This document shows, piece by piece, positions 55,053 through 63,821 of a DNA stretch of 64,000 bases. The position numbers were made by a program, and so were the translations under genes. The stretch spans positions 66,787 to 130,786 of the forward strand of contig JBGALY010000011.1 in the NCBI GenBank assembly GCA_044223435.1. Direction: 5' to 3'. The notes under the pieces are model-generated. The model searched no databases and had not been told where the DNA came from. It saw only the letters and a program-made list of their open reading frames with translations. Within the stretch, counting starts at the first letter, position 1. Each line of letters begins with the position of its first letter. The DNA is from Nakamurella sp. GTDB lineage: Bacteria; Actinomycetota; Actinomycetes; Mycobacteriales; Nakamurellaceae.

Positions 55053-55384
55053 TGGGTGCCTACACTGCCGCGGCGCTCGTGGCGATCGCGGTGGCCGTGC
55101 TGCTGGACCTGGTGGTGCTGCGCACGATGTTGCTGCGCACCCGGCTGTTCTGGGCGAGCTACGCGATCGTCGTGTTCTTCCAGTTGATCGTCAACGGCAT
55201 CCTGACCGGGCTGGGGATCGTGCAGTACGACCCGGAGGTGATCCTGGGGATCCGGCTCGTGTGGGCGCCCGTGGAGGATCTCGGATTCGGTTTCGGCCTG
55301 GTGACCCTGACCCTGGTGGCCTGGACCTGGCTGGGCCGGCGCGCGGCCGTGCGGCCCGTCGATCGGGAAGGGGCGGCATCATGA
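55049..55384 (+). CDS. crtYd: Lycopene cyclase domain protein (second subunit)
   Basis: It has an ATGA overlap upstream. 111 aa, hydrophobic, with WAPVEDLGFGFGLV (PxE(E/D) motif). Confidence 0.8.
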   Translation: MMGAYTAAALVAIAVAVLLDLVVLRTMLLRTRLFWASYAIVVFFQLIVNGILTGLGIVQYDPEVILGIRLVWAPVEDLGFGFGLVTLTLVAWTWLGRRAAVRPVDREGAAS

Positions 55385-56916
55385 GCGCGCAGTGGCGGCC
55401 GGGACGGGACAAGAAGGCGGTCCTGCACCCGGCTGCCGGTGGCGGGCTGCGGGCGGCGGCGCCGTCGCCTCGGGTGCTGGTGGTGGGCGGCGGGATCGCC
55501 GGGATCGCGGCGGCCGTCGGGCTTGTCGAACGTGGGATCCGGGTCGTCGTCGCCGAGCGCGAAGCGCAGTTGGGCGGCCGGGTCCGGTCGTGGCCGGTGT
55601 CGCACGGCGGCGACCAGGTCACCATGAGCCGTGGCTTCCACGCGTTCTTCCGCCAGTACTACAACCTGCGGGCCTTGCTGCGGCGGGTCGACCCGGCCCT
55701 GACCGGCCTGGTGCCGGTGCCCGACTACCCCGTCGTCATGGCCGACGGAGCGGCCGATTCGTTCGCCCGGGTGCCCCGGACCCCGCCGGCCAACCTGTTC
55801 TGGTATGCGCTGCGGAGCCCGAATTTCGGGCCACGCGCGCTGTTCCGGGCCGACATCGCGGCCTCGTCGAGCATGCTCGACCTGGACTTCCCGAGGTCCT
55901 TCGACGACTTCGATGCGGTCAGTGCCGGCACCTTCCTGGATGAGCTCAACTTCCCGCCGGCCGTCCGCCACCTGGCGCTCGAGGTGTTCACCCGCAGCTT
56001 CTTCGCCGACCCCGCCGAGTACGCCGCCGGGGAGCTGCTGGCGATGTTCCACCTCTACTTCGTCGGCTCGTCCGAGGGATTGCTGTTCGACGTCGCGGCC
56101 GACGACTTCGGCACGGTGTTCTGGAACCCGCTGCAGCATCACTTGATCGGATCCGGAGCGGAGGTCCTGACCGGGACCGTGGTGGAGGATCTGCGGTTCT
56201 GCGCGGACGGCCCGGTGCGGGCGCGAGCCGGGAATCGGGACATCGAGGTGGATGCCGTCGTGCTGGCCGCCGACCCCCGCAGCACCCGCCGGCTCGTCGC
56301 CGACGCCACCGGGTTGCCGGCGCAGGGATGGCGGGAGTCGCTGGCCAGGACGGGCAACGCGCCCCGCTTCGTCGTATGGCGGCTGTGGCTCGACACACCG
56401 CTCCGGGCGGACCGGCCGGCGTTCCTGGGCACCGGCGGTTTCGAACTGCTGGACAACGTGTCGGTGCTCCAGCGGTACGAGGCGGGGGCCCGGCGCTGGG
56501 CGTCGACGCACGGGGGATCGGTCGTGGAGGTGCACGCCTATGCGATCGACGACCGGTGGTCCGAACCGGCATTGCGCTCGGCTCTTCGGGCGGAGCTGGC
56601 CGCCGTCTACCCGGAGACTCGTTCGGCCGGCGTGCTGGCCGACGAGTGGCTCGTCTCGGACGACTGCCCATCGTTCCGGCCGGGGGAGCGGCGGCACCGG
56701 CCCGGGGTCCGCACCGACGACGCCCGGTTGGTGCTGGCCGGGGACGGTGTGCGCTGTGATCTGCCGGTCGCGCTGATGGAACGGGCGGCCACCACCGGTT
56801 GGCAGGCCGCGAACGGGTTGCTGGCCGGTTGGGGCCTGCGTGGGCACGACCTGTGGTCGGTCCCGCTGTCGTCGCGGGTGCCGGCGATCCGCGCGTTGCG
56901 CCGGCTCGCGGTGTGA
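55381..56916 (+). CDS. FAD-dependent amine-oxidase-fold carotenoid desaturase, CrtU (isorenieratene synthase)-like; assignment tentative
   Basis: It has an ATGA overlap upstream. 511 aa. It has VLVVGGGIAGIAAAVGLVERGIRVVVAEREAQLGGR and a C-terminal LAGDG. It sits directly after crtYc/crtYd. Confidence 0.65.
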   Translation: MSAQWRPGRDKKAVLHPAAGGGLRAAAPSPRVLVVGGGIAGIAAAVGLVERGIRVVVAEREAQLGGRVRSWPVSHGGDQVTMSRGFHAFFRQYYNLRALLRRVDPALTGLVPVPDYPVVMADGAADSFARVPRTPPANLFWYALRSPNFGPRALFRADIAASSSMLDLDFPRSFDDFDAVSAGTFLDELNFPPAVRHLALEVFTRSFFADPAEYAAGELLAMFHLYFVGSSEGLLFDVAADDFGTVFWNPLQHHLIGSGAEVLTGTVVEDLRFCADGPVRARAGNRDIEVDAVVLAADPRSTRRLVADATGLPAQGWRESLARTGNAPRFVVWRLWLDTPLRADRPAFLGTGGFELLDNVSVLQRYEAGARRWASTHGGSVVEVHAYAIDDRWSEPALRSALRAELAAVYPETRSAGVLADEWLVSDDCPSFRPGERRHRPGVRTDDARLVLAGDGVRCDLPVALMERAATTGWQAANGLLAGWGLRGHDLWSVPLSSRVPAIRALRRLAV

Positions 56917-56955
56917 CGAGGTGTCCCGCGCGCCGCTCTGCTCAGCGACCCGCGG

Positions 56956-57837
56956 TCAGGGACCGGTGACCAGGATCCGGGCCGCGGTGCCGGCCTTGCG
57001 CCAGGTGGGCACCCGCGCCCGGACCCGGAAGACGTCGTAGTCGGCGGCCTCGATGCGATCCAGGATCCGGGAGTAGAGCACCCGGGCCGTGGCCACGCAG
57101 CGGGCCGAACGCGGCGGGAGCCAGGGCAAGCCGCCGTCCGCCACCCGGTACAGGCCGCGCGCGCGTTCGATCTCATGAGCCAGGAAGTCACGCCACTGGG
57201 GGGTCACCCGGCGGCGTCCCAGGTCCACCGGCCGGACGCCGAAGCGGCGCAACTCCTGCTGCGGCAGGTAGACGCGCCCACGGTCGAGATCCTCGGCGAC
57301 ATCGCGCAGGAAGTTGGTGTACTGGAAGGCGAATCCCAGGGCCCGCGCGGGCTCGATCGCCTCGGGGCCCAGCGGTTGCAGGACCGGCAGCATCATCTCG
57401 CCGATCACCGCGGCCGACCCCTCCATGTAGCCGAGCAGGTCCTCCCACGTCTCGTACCGCGTGATGGTCAGATCCATGGCCATGGCCCCGAAGAAGCGAT
57501 CGAAGCATTCCTGCGGGATGCCGACGGTGCGGACCGTGTGCGCGACCGCGGCCAGTACCGGATCGGTCGAATCGGACGGCTCGGCGCTGCGGAACCGGTC
57601 GGCGAAGCCGAACAGTTCGGCCCGGATCTCGGCCGGGTCGCGACCCGCGGTGGTCGCCGGATCGTCGACGATGTCGTCGGCCCGGCGGCACAGGGCGTAG
57701 ACCGCGTGAACGTGACGGCGCCGTTCCCGCGGCAGCAGTTGGGTACCCCAGTAGTACGTGGTGCCGTGCCGCCGGGTGATCTCGGCGCACTGCCGATACC
57801 CGGTCTGCAGCAGGTGCTCGTCGACCGCCAGCGTCAT
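56956..57837 (-). CDS. crtB: Phytoene synthase
   Basis: Start MTLAVDEHLLQTGYRQCAEITRRHGTTYYWGTQLLP at 57837 has an ATGA overlap with the crtI stop codon. It has YALCRRADDIVDD and YTNFLRDVAEDLDRGRVYLP. Confidence 0.9.
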   Translation of the reverse strand: MTLAVDEHLLQTGYRQCAEITRRHGTTYYWGTQLLPRERRRHVHAVYALCRRADDIVDDPATTAGRDPAEIRAELFGFADRFRSAEPSDSTDPVLAAVAHTVRTVGIPQECFDRFFGAMAMDLTITRYETWEDLLGYMEGSAAVIGEMMLPVLQPLGPEAIEPARALGFAFQYTNFLRDVAEDLDRGRVYLPQQELRRFGVRPVDLGRRRVTPQWRDFLAHEIERARGLYRVADGGLPWLPPRSARCVATARVLYSRILDRIEAADYDVFRVRARVPTWRKAGTAARILVTGP

Positions 57838-59318
57838 CGCGCACCTGCTCCCACGAAACGGTCGATCCGGTCGGCCGCCAATTTCCCGGAGATCAACACC
57901 ATCGGGACGCCGACGCCCGGGACCGTCCCGGAACCGGCGAAGAAGACGCCGGGCACCCGCTTCTCGATGTTCGACGGCCGGAAGGGGCCGGTCTGCCGGA
58001 ATGTGTGCGCGAGCGAGAAGGGCGTGCCCAGGTGCATTCCGCCCCGCTCCCAGTCCAGCGGGGTGACGAGCTGCTCGACGACGATATCGGTCGGGTACCC
58101 GGCGTCGGCCAGGAAGGCCAACAGTCGCTCGCGCAGGGGACCGGCCTGCACGGTCCAGTCCAGGTCGGCCGTCAGGTTGGGCACGGGTTCGAGCACGAAC
58201 AGGGTGCTGCATCCGGCGGGCGCGGCTCCCGGGTCGGTCCGGCTCGGCACCGTCACGAGCCGGGACGGGTCGGGCATCAGCCGGCCGTCGCGCAGCAGCG
58301 CGGTGAACGCGCCCGCCCACTCGTGACCGAAATGGATGTTGTGGTGTGCGGTGTCGTCATCCGGTCGGCCGCGCACGCCCAGGTGCCAGACGACAGCCGA
58401 TGGCGAGTAGGTCCCTGATCGGACGACTCCGGGCGGGCGCAGATCCGGCAGCAGCCGGCGGTAGGCCACCGGTAGGTCAGGGGTGAGAACCACCGCGTCC
58501 GCGCGTTCGGCTTCCCCGTCCGCGAACCGCACTCCGGCGACGCCCCCGGTGTCGCTGCGGCGCAGGATCTCGGTGACCTCCGCTCCGTAGCGGATCCGGC
58601 CGCCCGCCTTCTCGCACGCGGTGGCCAGCGCGGCCGGTATCGCGTGCATGCCGCCGTCCGGGTACCAGACGCCCTGGACCGTATCCATGTAGGTGATCAC
58701 CGCGTAGAGGGCCAGGGCGTCGTCCGGGGACAGGCCGGCATACAGGGCCTGGAAGCTGAAGAGCCGGTGCAGTCGCGGGTCGGCGAAGCGCCGCCGGACG
58801 GCCGGGCCGAGCCGGCCGAAGGCTCCGAGCCGCAGCAGCCGGGCCGCCGCGCGCGGCGAGGACACCAGGTCGAGCGAGGTGGCGAAGTTGCGATCGATGA
58901 ACCGGGACCACTCGGCGTCGTAGAGCTCCGCGAGCCAGTCGGTGAACCGGTCGTACGCCGCGGCGTCGACCGGCCCGCTCGCCGCGTCGATCTCGGCGCG
59001 CATGGCGGCGTGCTCGGCGCGCACGCGCAGGGTGCTGCCGTCCGCGTAGACGGCCCGGTACGCCGGATCGAGCCGGCGCAGGGTCAGCACGTCGGTCATT
59101 CGCACGCCGGCGGCCCCCAGCGTGTCGGCGATGAGTTGCGGCATCGTCAGCACCGATGGGCCGGTGTCGAAGAGGAAACCGGCGGACGCCTGCCGGCCGG
59201 ATCGGCCACCGGGGATGGATTCCCGTTCGGTGATCAGCACGTCGTGACCGCGCCCGGCCAGGTGACAGCCGGCGGCGAGGCCGGCCAGTCCGGCCCCGAC
59301 GACGACGATCCGGCTCAT
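57834..59318 (-). CDS. crtI: Phytoene desaturase
   Basis: It starts MSRIVVVGAGLAGLAAGCHLAGRGHDVLITERESIPGGRSG and has FDTGPSVLTMP and a C-terminal FFAGSGTVPGVGVPMVLISG. Confidence 0.9.
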   Translation of the reverse strand: MSRIVVVGAGLAGLAAGCHLAGRGHDVLITERESIPGGRSGRQASAGFLFDTGPSVLTMPQLIADTLGAAGVRMTDVLTLRRLDPAYRAVYADGSTLRVRAEHAAMRAEIDAASGPVDAAAYDRFTDWLAELYDAEWSRFIDRNFATSLDLVSSPRAAARLLRLGAFGRLGPAVRRRFADPRLHRLFSFQALYAGLSPDDALALYAVITYMDTVQGVWYPDGGMHAIPAALATACEKAGGRIRYGAEVTEILRRSDTGGVAGVRFADGEAERADAVVLTPDLPVAYRRLLPDLRPPGVVRSGTYSPSAVVWHLGVRGRPDDDTAHHNIHFGHEWAGAFTALLRDGRLMPDPSRLVTVPSRTDPGAAPAGCSTLFVLEPVPNLTADLDWTVQAGPLRERLLAFLADAGYPTDIVVEQLVTPLDWERGGMHLGTPFSLAHTFRQTGPFRPSNIEKRVPGVFFAGSGTVPGVGVPMVLISGKLAADRIDRFVGAGAR

Positions 59319-60460
59319 CGCTCGCGCCAGGCGATGGTGTGCGCGAGACGCCGGAGTTCGTCGGCGGCGTCCGGGTCGAGCGACGGGTCGTCGAGGGCGT
59401 CCAGGGCGGCGTCCACCGCGTCGCCGATCATCCGCTCGACGGCCGACCGGGTTCCGTTGCTGACCAGTTCGTCCAGCAGCAGCGCCAGATCCACCCCGTC
59501 GAACGCGGGTGTGCCCACCCGGTCCAGCGCCCGCCGGCCGGCGCCAGATCTGGTCCGGTCGTGGGCGATGGACAGCAGCACCGTTGGTTTTCCGGTGATC
59601 AGGTCATCGCCCGCCGGCTTGCCGGTGCGGTCCGGGTCGCCCCAGATCCCCAGGATGTCGTCACGCAGGGCGAACGCCTCCCCGAGGGTCTGGCCGTACC
59701 GCCGGAGCCGGTGCGCAATCGCCTCCGGCGCGGCGGCCGCGGCCGCGCCCAGCTCGAGCGGACGCTGCACCGTGTAGCACCCCGACTTGAGGCTGGCCAC
59801 GGTGCGGGCGAAGGTCAGGTCGCGGCGGCGGGCGGCCGTGCCGGTCAGGTCCTGACGCTGGCCGACGACGAGTTCGACGACGAGGTGCCGCCAGAGCCGG
59901 CGGATACCGGGCGTCGTCTCGGCGATCAGCCCTTCCGCCTCGGCCAGCGCCAGGTCCCCGGCCAGGATCGCGATGCTGGTGCCGAACAGGCCGGGGTCGC
60001 CGGCGGAGCCCGCCGAGATGTGGCGAAGACCGGCCTGGCGGTGGATGGTCGGCACCCCGCGACGGGAGTCCGACTCGTCCATGACGTCGTCGTGCACGAG
60101 GGCGAACAGATGCAGCAGTTCGAGCGCGGCACTCACGGTCACGATGATGTGGCGATCGTCGGCGCGGTCCGGGCCACCGGCCGCTGCCCAGCCCAGGCAG
60201 GTCATCGTCGGGCGGATCCGCTTGCCGCCGCTGCGCAGCAGCGTGGTGAGCATCTGCGGCAGATCGGCGCTGCCGAGCACGTCCGCCGGCCGGCCGCCGA
60301 CCAGTTCGGCCCACTGCTCGGACAGCGCGGCCATGGTCCGGTCCAGGAGTCCGTCGACGGCGGTGAGGTGGTCCTGGACGCGTGTTCCGTCGTCGGGCAG
60401 GGCACGAAGCCGGGCCGTCGCGGTCGGTTCCGTTGGCATCAATTCGATCGGCTGGGTCAC
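59315..60460 (-). CDS. crtE: Polyprenyl (geranylgeranyl) diphosphate synthase
   Basis: The first DDxxD motif is LFALVHDDVMDESDSRRG. The second is in GEAFALRDDILGIWGD. Its stop codon overlaps the crtI start (ATGA). Confidence 0.85.
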   Translation of the reverse strand: MTQPIELMPTEPTATARLRALPDDGTRVQDHLTAVDGLLDRTMAALSEQWAELVGGRPADVLGSADLPQMLTTLLRSGGKRIRPTMTCLGWAAAGGPDRADDRHIIVTVSAALELLHLFALVHDDVMDESDSRRGVPTIHRQAGLRHISAGSAGDPGLFGTSIAILAGDLALAEAEGLIAETTPGIRRLWRHLVVELVVGQRQDLTGTAARRRDLTFARTVASLKSGCYTVQRPLELGAAAAAAPEAIAHRLRRYGQTLGEAFALRDDILGIWGDPDRTGKPAGDDLITGKPTVLLSIAHDRTRSGAGRRALDRVGTPAFDGVDLALLLDELVSNGTRSAVERMIGDAVDAALDALDDPSLDPDAADELRRLAHTIAWRER

Positions 60461-60524
60461 GTCACTTCCGGCGGTGCGTCCGGTGGGTTGTCGCTTCCGG
60501 TACCTCGTGAACGACGGCTTTGGA

Positions 60525-60558
60525 GGCGGCCGCCGCGATTTTTCCTGCTGCGGCCGCC
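60525..60558. repeat. Perfect 9-bp GC inverted repeat with a 16-nt T/A-rich loop
   Basis: GGCGGCCGC-cgcgatttttcctgct-GCGGCCGCC lies between the candidate sORF (60593-60730) and the crtE start. No U-tract follows on either strand. Confidence 0.5.
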
Positions 60559-60592
60559 GGCAAGGCCCGAGTCGATCAGGTGAGTCGGCTGG

Positions 60593-60730
60593 TCAGGCCT
60601 CGGATGACGGACCGAGCCGGCGGGTCTGCCCGGCGGCCCGATTGAGCGCCACTGCATTGGCCAGGGTTCCGCCAGAACCAGGCCGCCAGGCCGAGGTCTG
60701 CAGCGATCGCGAGACGGTATTGAGGGCCAT
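60593..60730 (-). CDS. Candidate small ORF (45 aa), unknown function, low confidence
   Basis: GAAGGAGttagATG gives MALNTVSRSLQTSAWRPGSGGTLANAVALNRAAGQTRRLGPSSEA. Third-position GC is only about 76%, below the roughly 90% of the one clear coding region counted here (the 1317-1505 precursor). It is followed by the 60525-60558 hairpin. Confidence 0.25.
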   Translation of the reverse strand: MALNTVSRSLQTSAWRPGSGGTLANAVALNRAAGQTRRLGPSSEA

Positions 60731-60924
60731 CTAACTCCTTCGAACGACGTCGACTGTCATGCGTTGACGCCATGTCAGTCCCCGTTCGCCGGCCGGCTTC
60801 ACGGCCCGGCGGGGTCTTGTTCGCCCGCTGCCCAGTGACGAACGTCCGCCACGCTCGCGCATCCGATCGGCGCGGGGGCGCAGTACCCGCGCCGCCGCGG
60901 GCGCTGGCTGTGGGCAGGGTTGAG

Positions 60925-62292
60925 TTAGCGGTCCGGCGGGCTGCTGGGGGAGACCGGCCGGCCGAACTTCTGGGTGGGCCAGTCGATCTCGATCTGCAGT
61001 GCCCGCCGGCCGGTGCCGGCGGGACGGTGGATCCGGGGCCTGGTTGCCCACGGCGCGGATTCGGGTGGTTGCGGTGGCCGGCCGTGGTGGGTGTGTCCGG
61101 TGGGGGTGGTGGTGGTGATGACTCCGGTGTCGTCGACGCGGGTGGTCCACCCGTCCAGGTCCTTGACCAGGTTGCAGGCGGTGCACCGGCCGTTGCCGTT
61201 TCGCAGGTCGGTGGACCCGCCCCGACTGACGGCCAGGGCGTGGTCGGCCTCGCGGATCGGCGCACCGGCGGGAGTGCACGGCGCGATCCGCCTCCTTCGT
61301 CGCCGAATCCGCTTGACCCTCCCTCAGCGTCGGATGGCGGCCTCGCAAGCTCGGCCGACCGACGGGAGTGCGGCAGATCTGGTCGCGGGCAACGAGGAAC
61401 TGGCGGGCGGCGGCTGGGAAGTCGCGGCGGCGGGCATCGGTGGCCAGCAGGTCAACGGTGGTGGGGTCGGTGAACAGTCGCCGCACCCATACCCGGGTGT
61501 GCTGGTCCGCGGTGAGCAGGTCACGGGCGATGGGGGCGGGGACGGGTCCCTGACCGATCAGGTGGGCGGGTTCGGAATCCTGGTCGGCCAGGGCCCGGTC
61601 GGTCATGATCAGGTGCAGTTCGACGGCGGGCGGTTCGGGTTCCCCGTCATCGCGGCCCGGTGCAGCACCCCGTAGACGCCGACGCCTTCTTTCATCGGGA
61701 GGAGCGCGGTGAGGTAGGTCATGCAGTCGGGGGCGGGTCGGATGGTGACCCGCCGGTCGGTGACGGCCTGGCGGGCGCGGTCGGCCGCGCCCTGCGGGTC
61801 GAGGCGGTGCGCCCAGCCGCGGGCCCGCTGCGCGGTGTGCCGATCGCTCCACCCGGCCAGGTGGGGAGCAAGGGCGGCGTCGATCCGGGCGTGGTCCTCC
61901 ACGCTCAGGTGGGCGGTTTCCCGGGCGATCAGGGTGGCCCGCCATTCGCTGCCCTGGCCGCGTTCCAGCACCTGCAGGACCTGCGGCATCTCGTGGACCA
62001 GGGTGTGGGCCAGGCCGACGTGCCGGTTGCCCTTGTGCGGGCCGTCCCGGCGGGCCAGCGCGATCTGCGCGCACACGGAGCGGCGGGCGTCGACCGGTTT
62101 GACGCCGGCCTGGATCAGTTCCGCGCGGTGGGATACCGCGAACGCGTCGGTGAGGCGGGCCTGCCGGGCGCTGATCGCAGCCTTGAGTTGTTCCAGGGCG
62201 GTGATCTCGTCGATCCGTTCGGCGTCGCTGCCCGGGATGTCGAGCGCGGCCAGCAGCACGCGGAACGCGACGGCCTGTTCGGTGCCCGACAT
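60925..62292 (-). pseudogene. DUF222 / HNH endonuclease (REP13E12-like family) gene broken into three reading frames
   Basis: Frame A starts at ATG 62292: MSGTEQAVAFRVLLAALDI...GVYGVLHRAA. Frame B (shift near 61650) reads DDGEPEPPAVELHLIMTDRAL...FLVARDQICRTP. Frame C reads CTPAGAPIREADHALAVSRGGSTDLRNGNGRCTACNLVKD... to TAA at 60925-60927. The B-to-C shift coincides with a 94-nt insert flanked by direct repeats. Confidence 0.7.
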
Positions 62293-62369
62293 GTGTTCGA
62301 TAGTACCAACATTCGCAGCCACGATCAATGCTGTAGGAACTGTTCGGAGTATCTTTATCGAACACAGTG

Positions 62370-63107
62370 TTGGCCGGTCTCGATCAGGAATTTGCGGAAG
62401 TCGATGGTGCGGTGCGGTCGGCAAGCAGGCTGAAGGTTACGGTGCAATCGCTGGTGTCGATTGCGGCGAACAGGCTGGTGGTGCCGTAGCGGACGCGGTC
62501 GTGGGTGCGTTCCTCGGCAAGGCCGGGCATCATCGGGAACGCCCGGTTGTGACCTGGCCAGTTGCCTGGGCCTAAGCTAAGATCTTCCACGCTCAGCACG
62601 ACCGCGGCCTCGGGCCGCGCCAGGTACGGGCCGATGATGTCGTAGACCTCGTCCACGAACACCGGGACCGGCGAGAGGTTTGAACCGCTCCACGCGGTGC
62701 GGGTTGTGTTCGAACGCCTTCCACGATCCGACCGACTGTGACGCCGAGACGCCCGCCCGAGTGGCCATCTTCCGCCGCGACCAGCGCGTGATGCTCGGGG
62801 TTGGACTCCTGTGCGTCGACCACGACTTGTGACACCTGGCCCACGGGGATCGACGCGGGACGCTCAGGTCGCGGATCGTCGGACAGGCCGTCCAGTCGCA
62901 GGTCCACGAACCGCTTGGGCCAGTTCCCGACGGACTGCTGGGTGACGCGTTCCCGGTCGGCAACTTCTCTGTTGGTCAGCCCCTTGGCGCAACCCAGCAC
63001 GATCCGGGGACCGCAACGCCAGCGCTTGCGCCGACGACGCGCGCCGCGACCACCGAACCAGCTGCTACCGCTCCTGGGAAATCAACTCCAGCAACGCTTC
63101 TGGTCAT
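62370..63107 (-). mobile_element. IS630-family transposase remnant (N-terminal HTH plus partial DDE; in-frame stop, several frameshifts, 3' truncation)
   Basis: The pieces read ...PEALLELISQER*QLVRWSRRASSAQALALR, then IVLGCAKGLTNREVADRERVTQQSVGNWPKRFVDLRLDGLSDDPRPERP, then HWSRRKMATRAGVSASQSVGSWKAFEHNPHRVERFK, then VFVDEVYDIIGPYLARPEAAVVLSVED...PMMPGLAEERTHDRVRYGTTSLFAAID, then HRTIDFRKFL. The order matches intact IS630 transposases, but the sequence stops about two thirds of the way through. Confidence 0.75.
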
Positions 63108-63164
63108 CCAGCTGGTGCCGTCCGCCAAATATGCTGTTATTGTGCGGATCTCAGGCGACTGCGA

Positions 63165-63821
63165 CTAGCTGAGGCGGAAGGGCGGGTAGCGGTCGGTCAG
63201 CAGCAGGGTTGCGTAGGCGCTGACCCGCAGCGACCACCGGGCGACACCGACCACATAGTCGAACAGGCCGCGCGGGTAGCGCCCGGTGAACAGGATGGCG
63301 AACCAGGCGATGACCACCGCGAAGAAGGCGCCCAGGAACAGGAACGCGAGCACGATGAGGTGCGGGATCACCAGGAACCACTTGACCAGCGGGAGCCAAC
63401 GATTCAGATCGCGCTCCGCATCCGGGTAGTCGAGGTCCAGGTGGATCGACTGTTCCTCGACGGTCGACGGGTACCGGTCGGTCAGCAGGGCTCCGTATGC
63501 CGCGACCCGAGCGCCGAACCGGTTGAACTGTAGGGCGAAGTCGAACCACCATCGTGGATAGCGTCGCCGGAACAGGATCATCAGCAGCGTCGCCGCGAAC
63601 AACCCGCCGGCGATGCCACCGCCGGTTCGGCTGGCCTGGGTCACGATCTGACCGGTATCGGTGATGACGGTGACGCTGGAGGTCGCGGCGGCGGACAACA
63701 CGCCGAGCACGATCGCGATCGGGATGATCCAGATGAACCGGAACGCGGTACTGACCCGGTCCAGGCGCTCGGGGTAGTCGATGTCGAGCCGGGCAGCGTA
63801 CGGCTGGGTCGGCGCGGTCAT
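63165..63821 (-). CDS. DUF4389-family membrane protein (internal duplication)
   Basis: 218 aa. It has LDIDYPERLDRVSTAFRFIWIIPIAIVL and LDLDYPDAERDLNRWLPLVKWFLVIPHLIVL. The motif RYP.W.FDF/LFDY...R...Y..LLTDRYP occurs twice. Confidence 0.75.
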   Translation of the reverse strand: MTAPTQPYAARLDIDYPERLDRVSTAFRFIWIIPIAIVLGVLSAAATSSVTVITDTGQIVTQASRTGGGIAGGLFAATLLMILFRRRYPRWWFDFALQFNRFGARVAAYGALLTDRYPSTVEEQSIHLDLDYPDAERDLNRWLPLVKWFLVIPHLIVLAFLFLGAFFAVVIAWFAILFTGRYPRGLFDYVVGVARWSLRVSAYATLLLTDRYPPFRLS

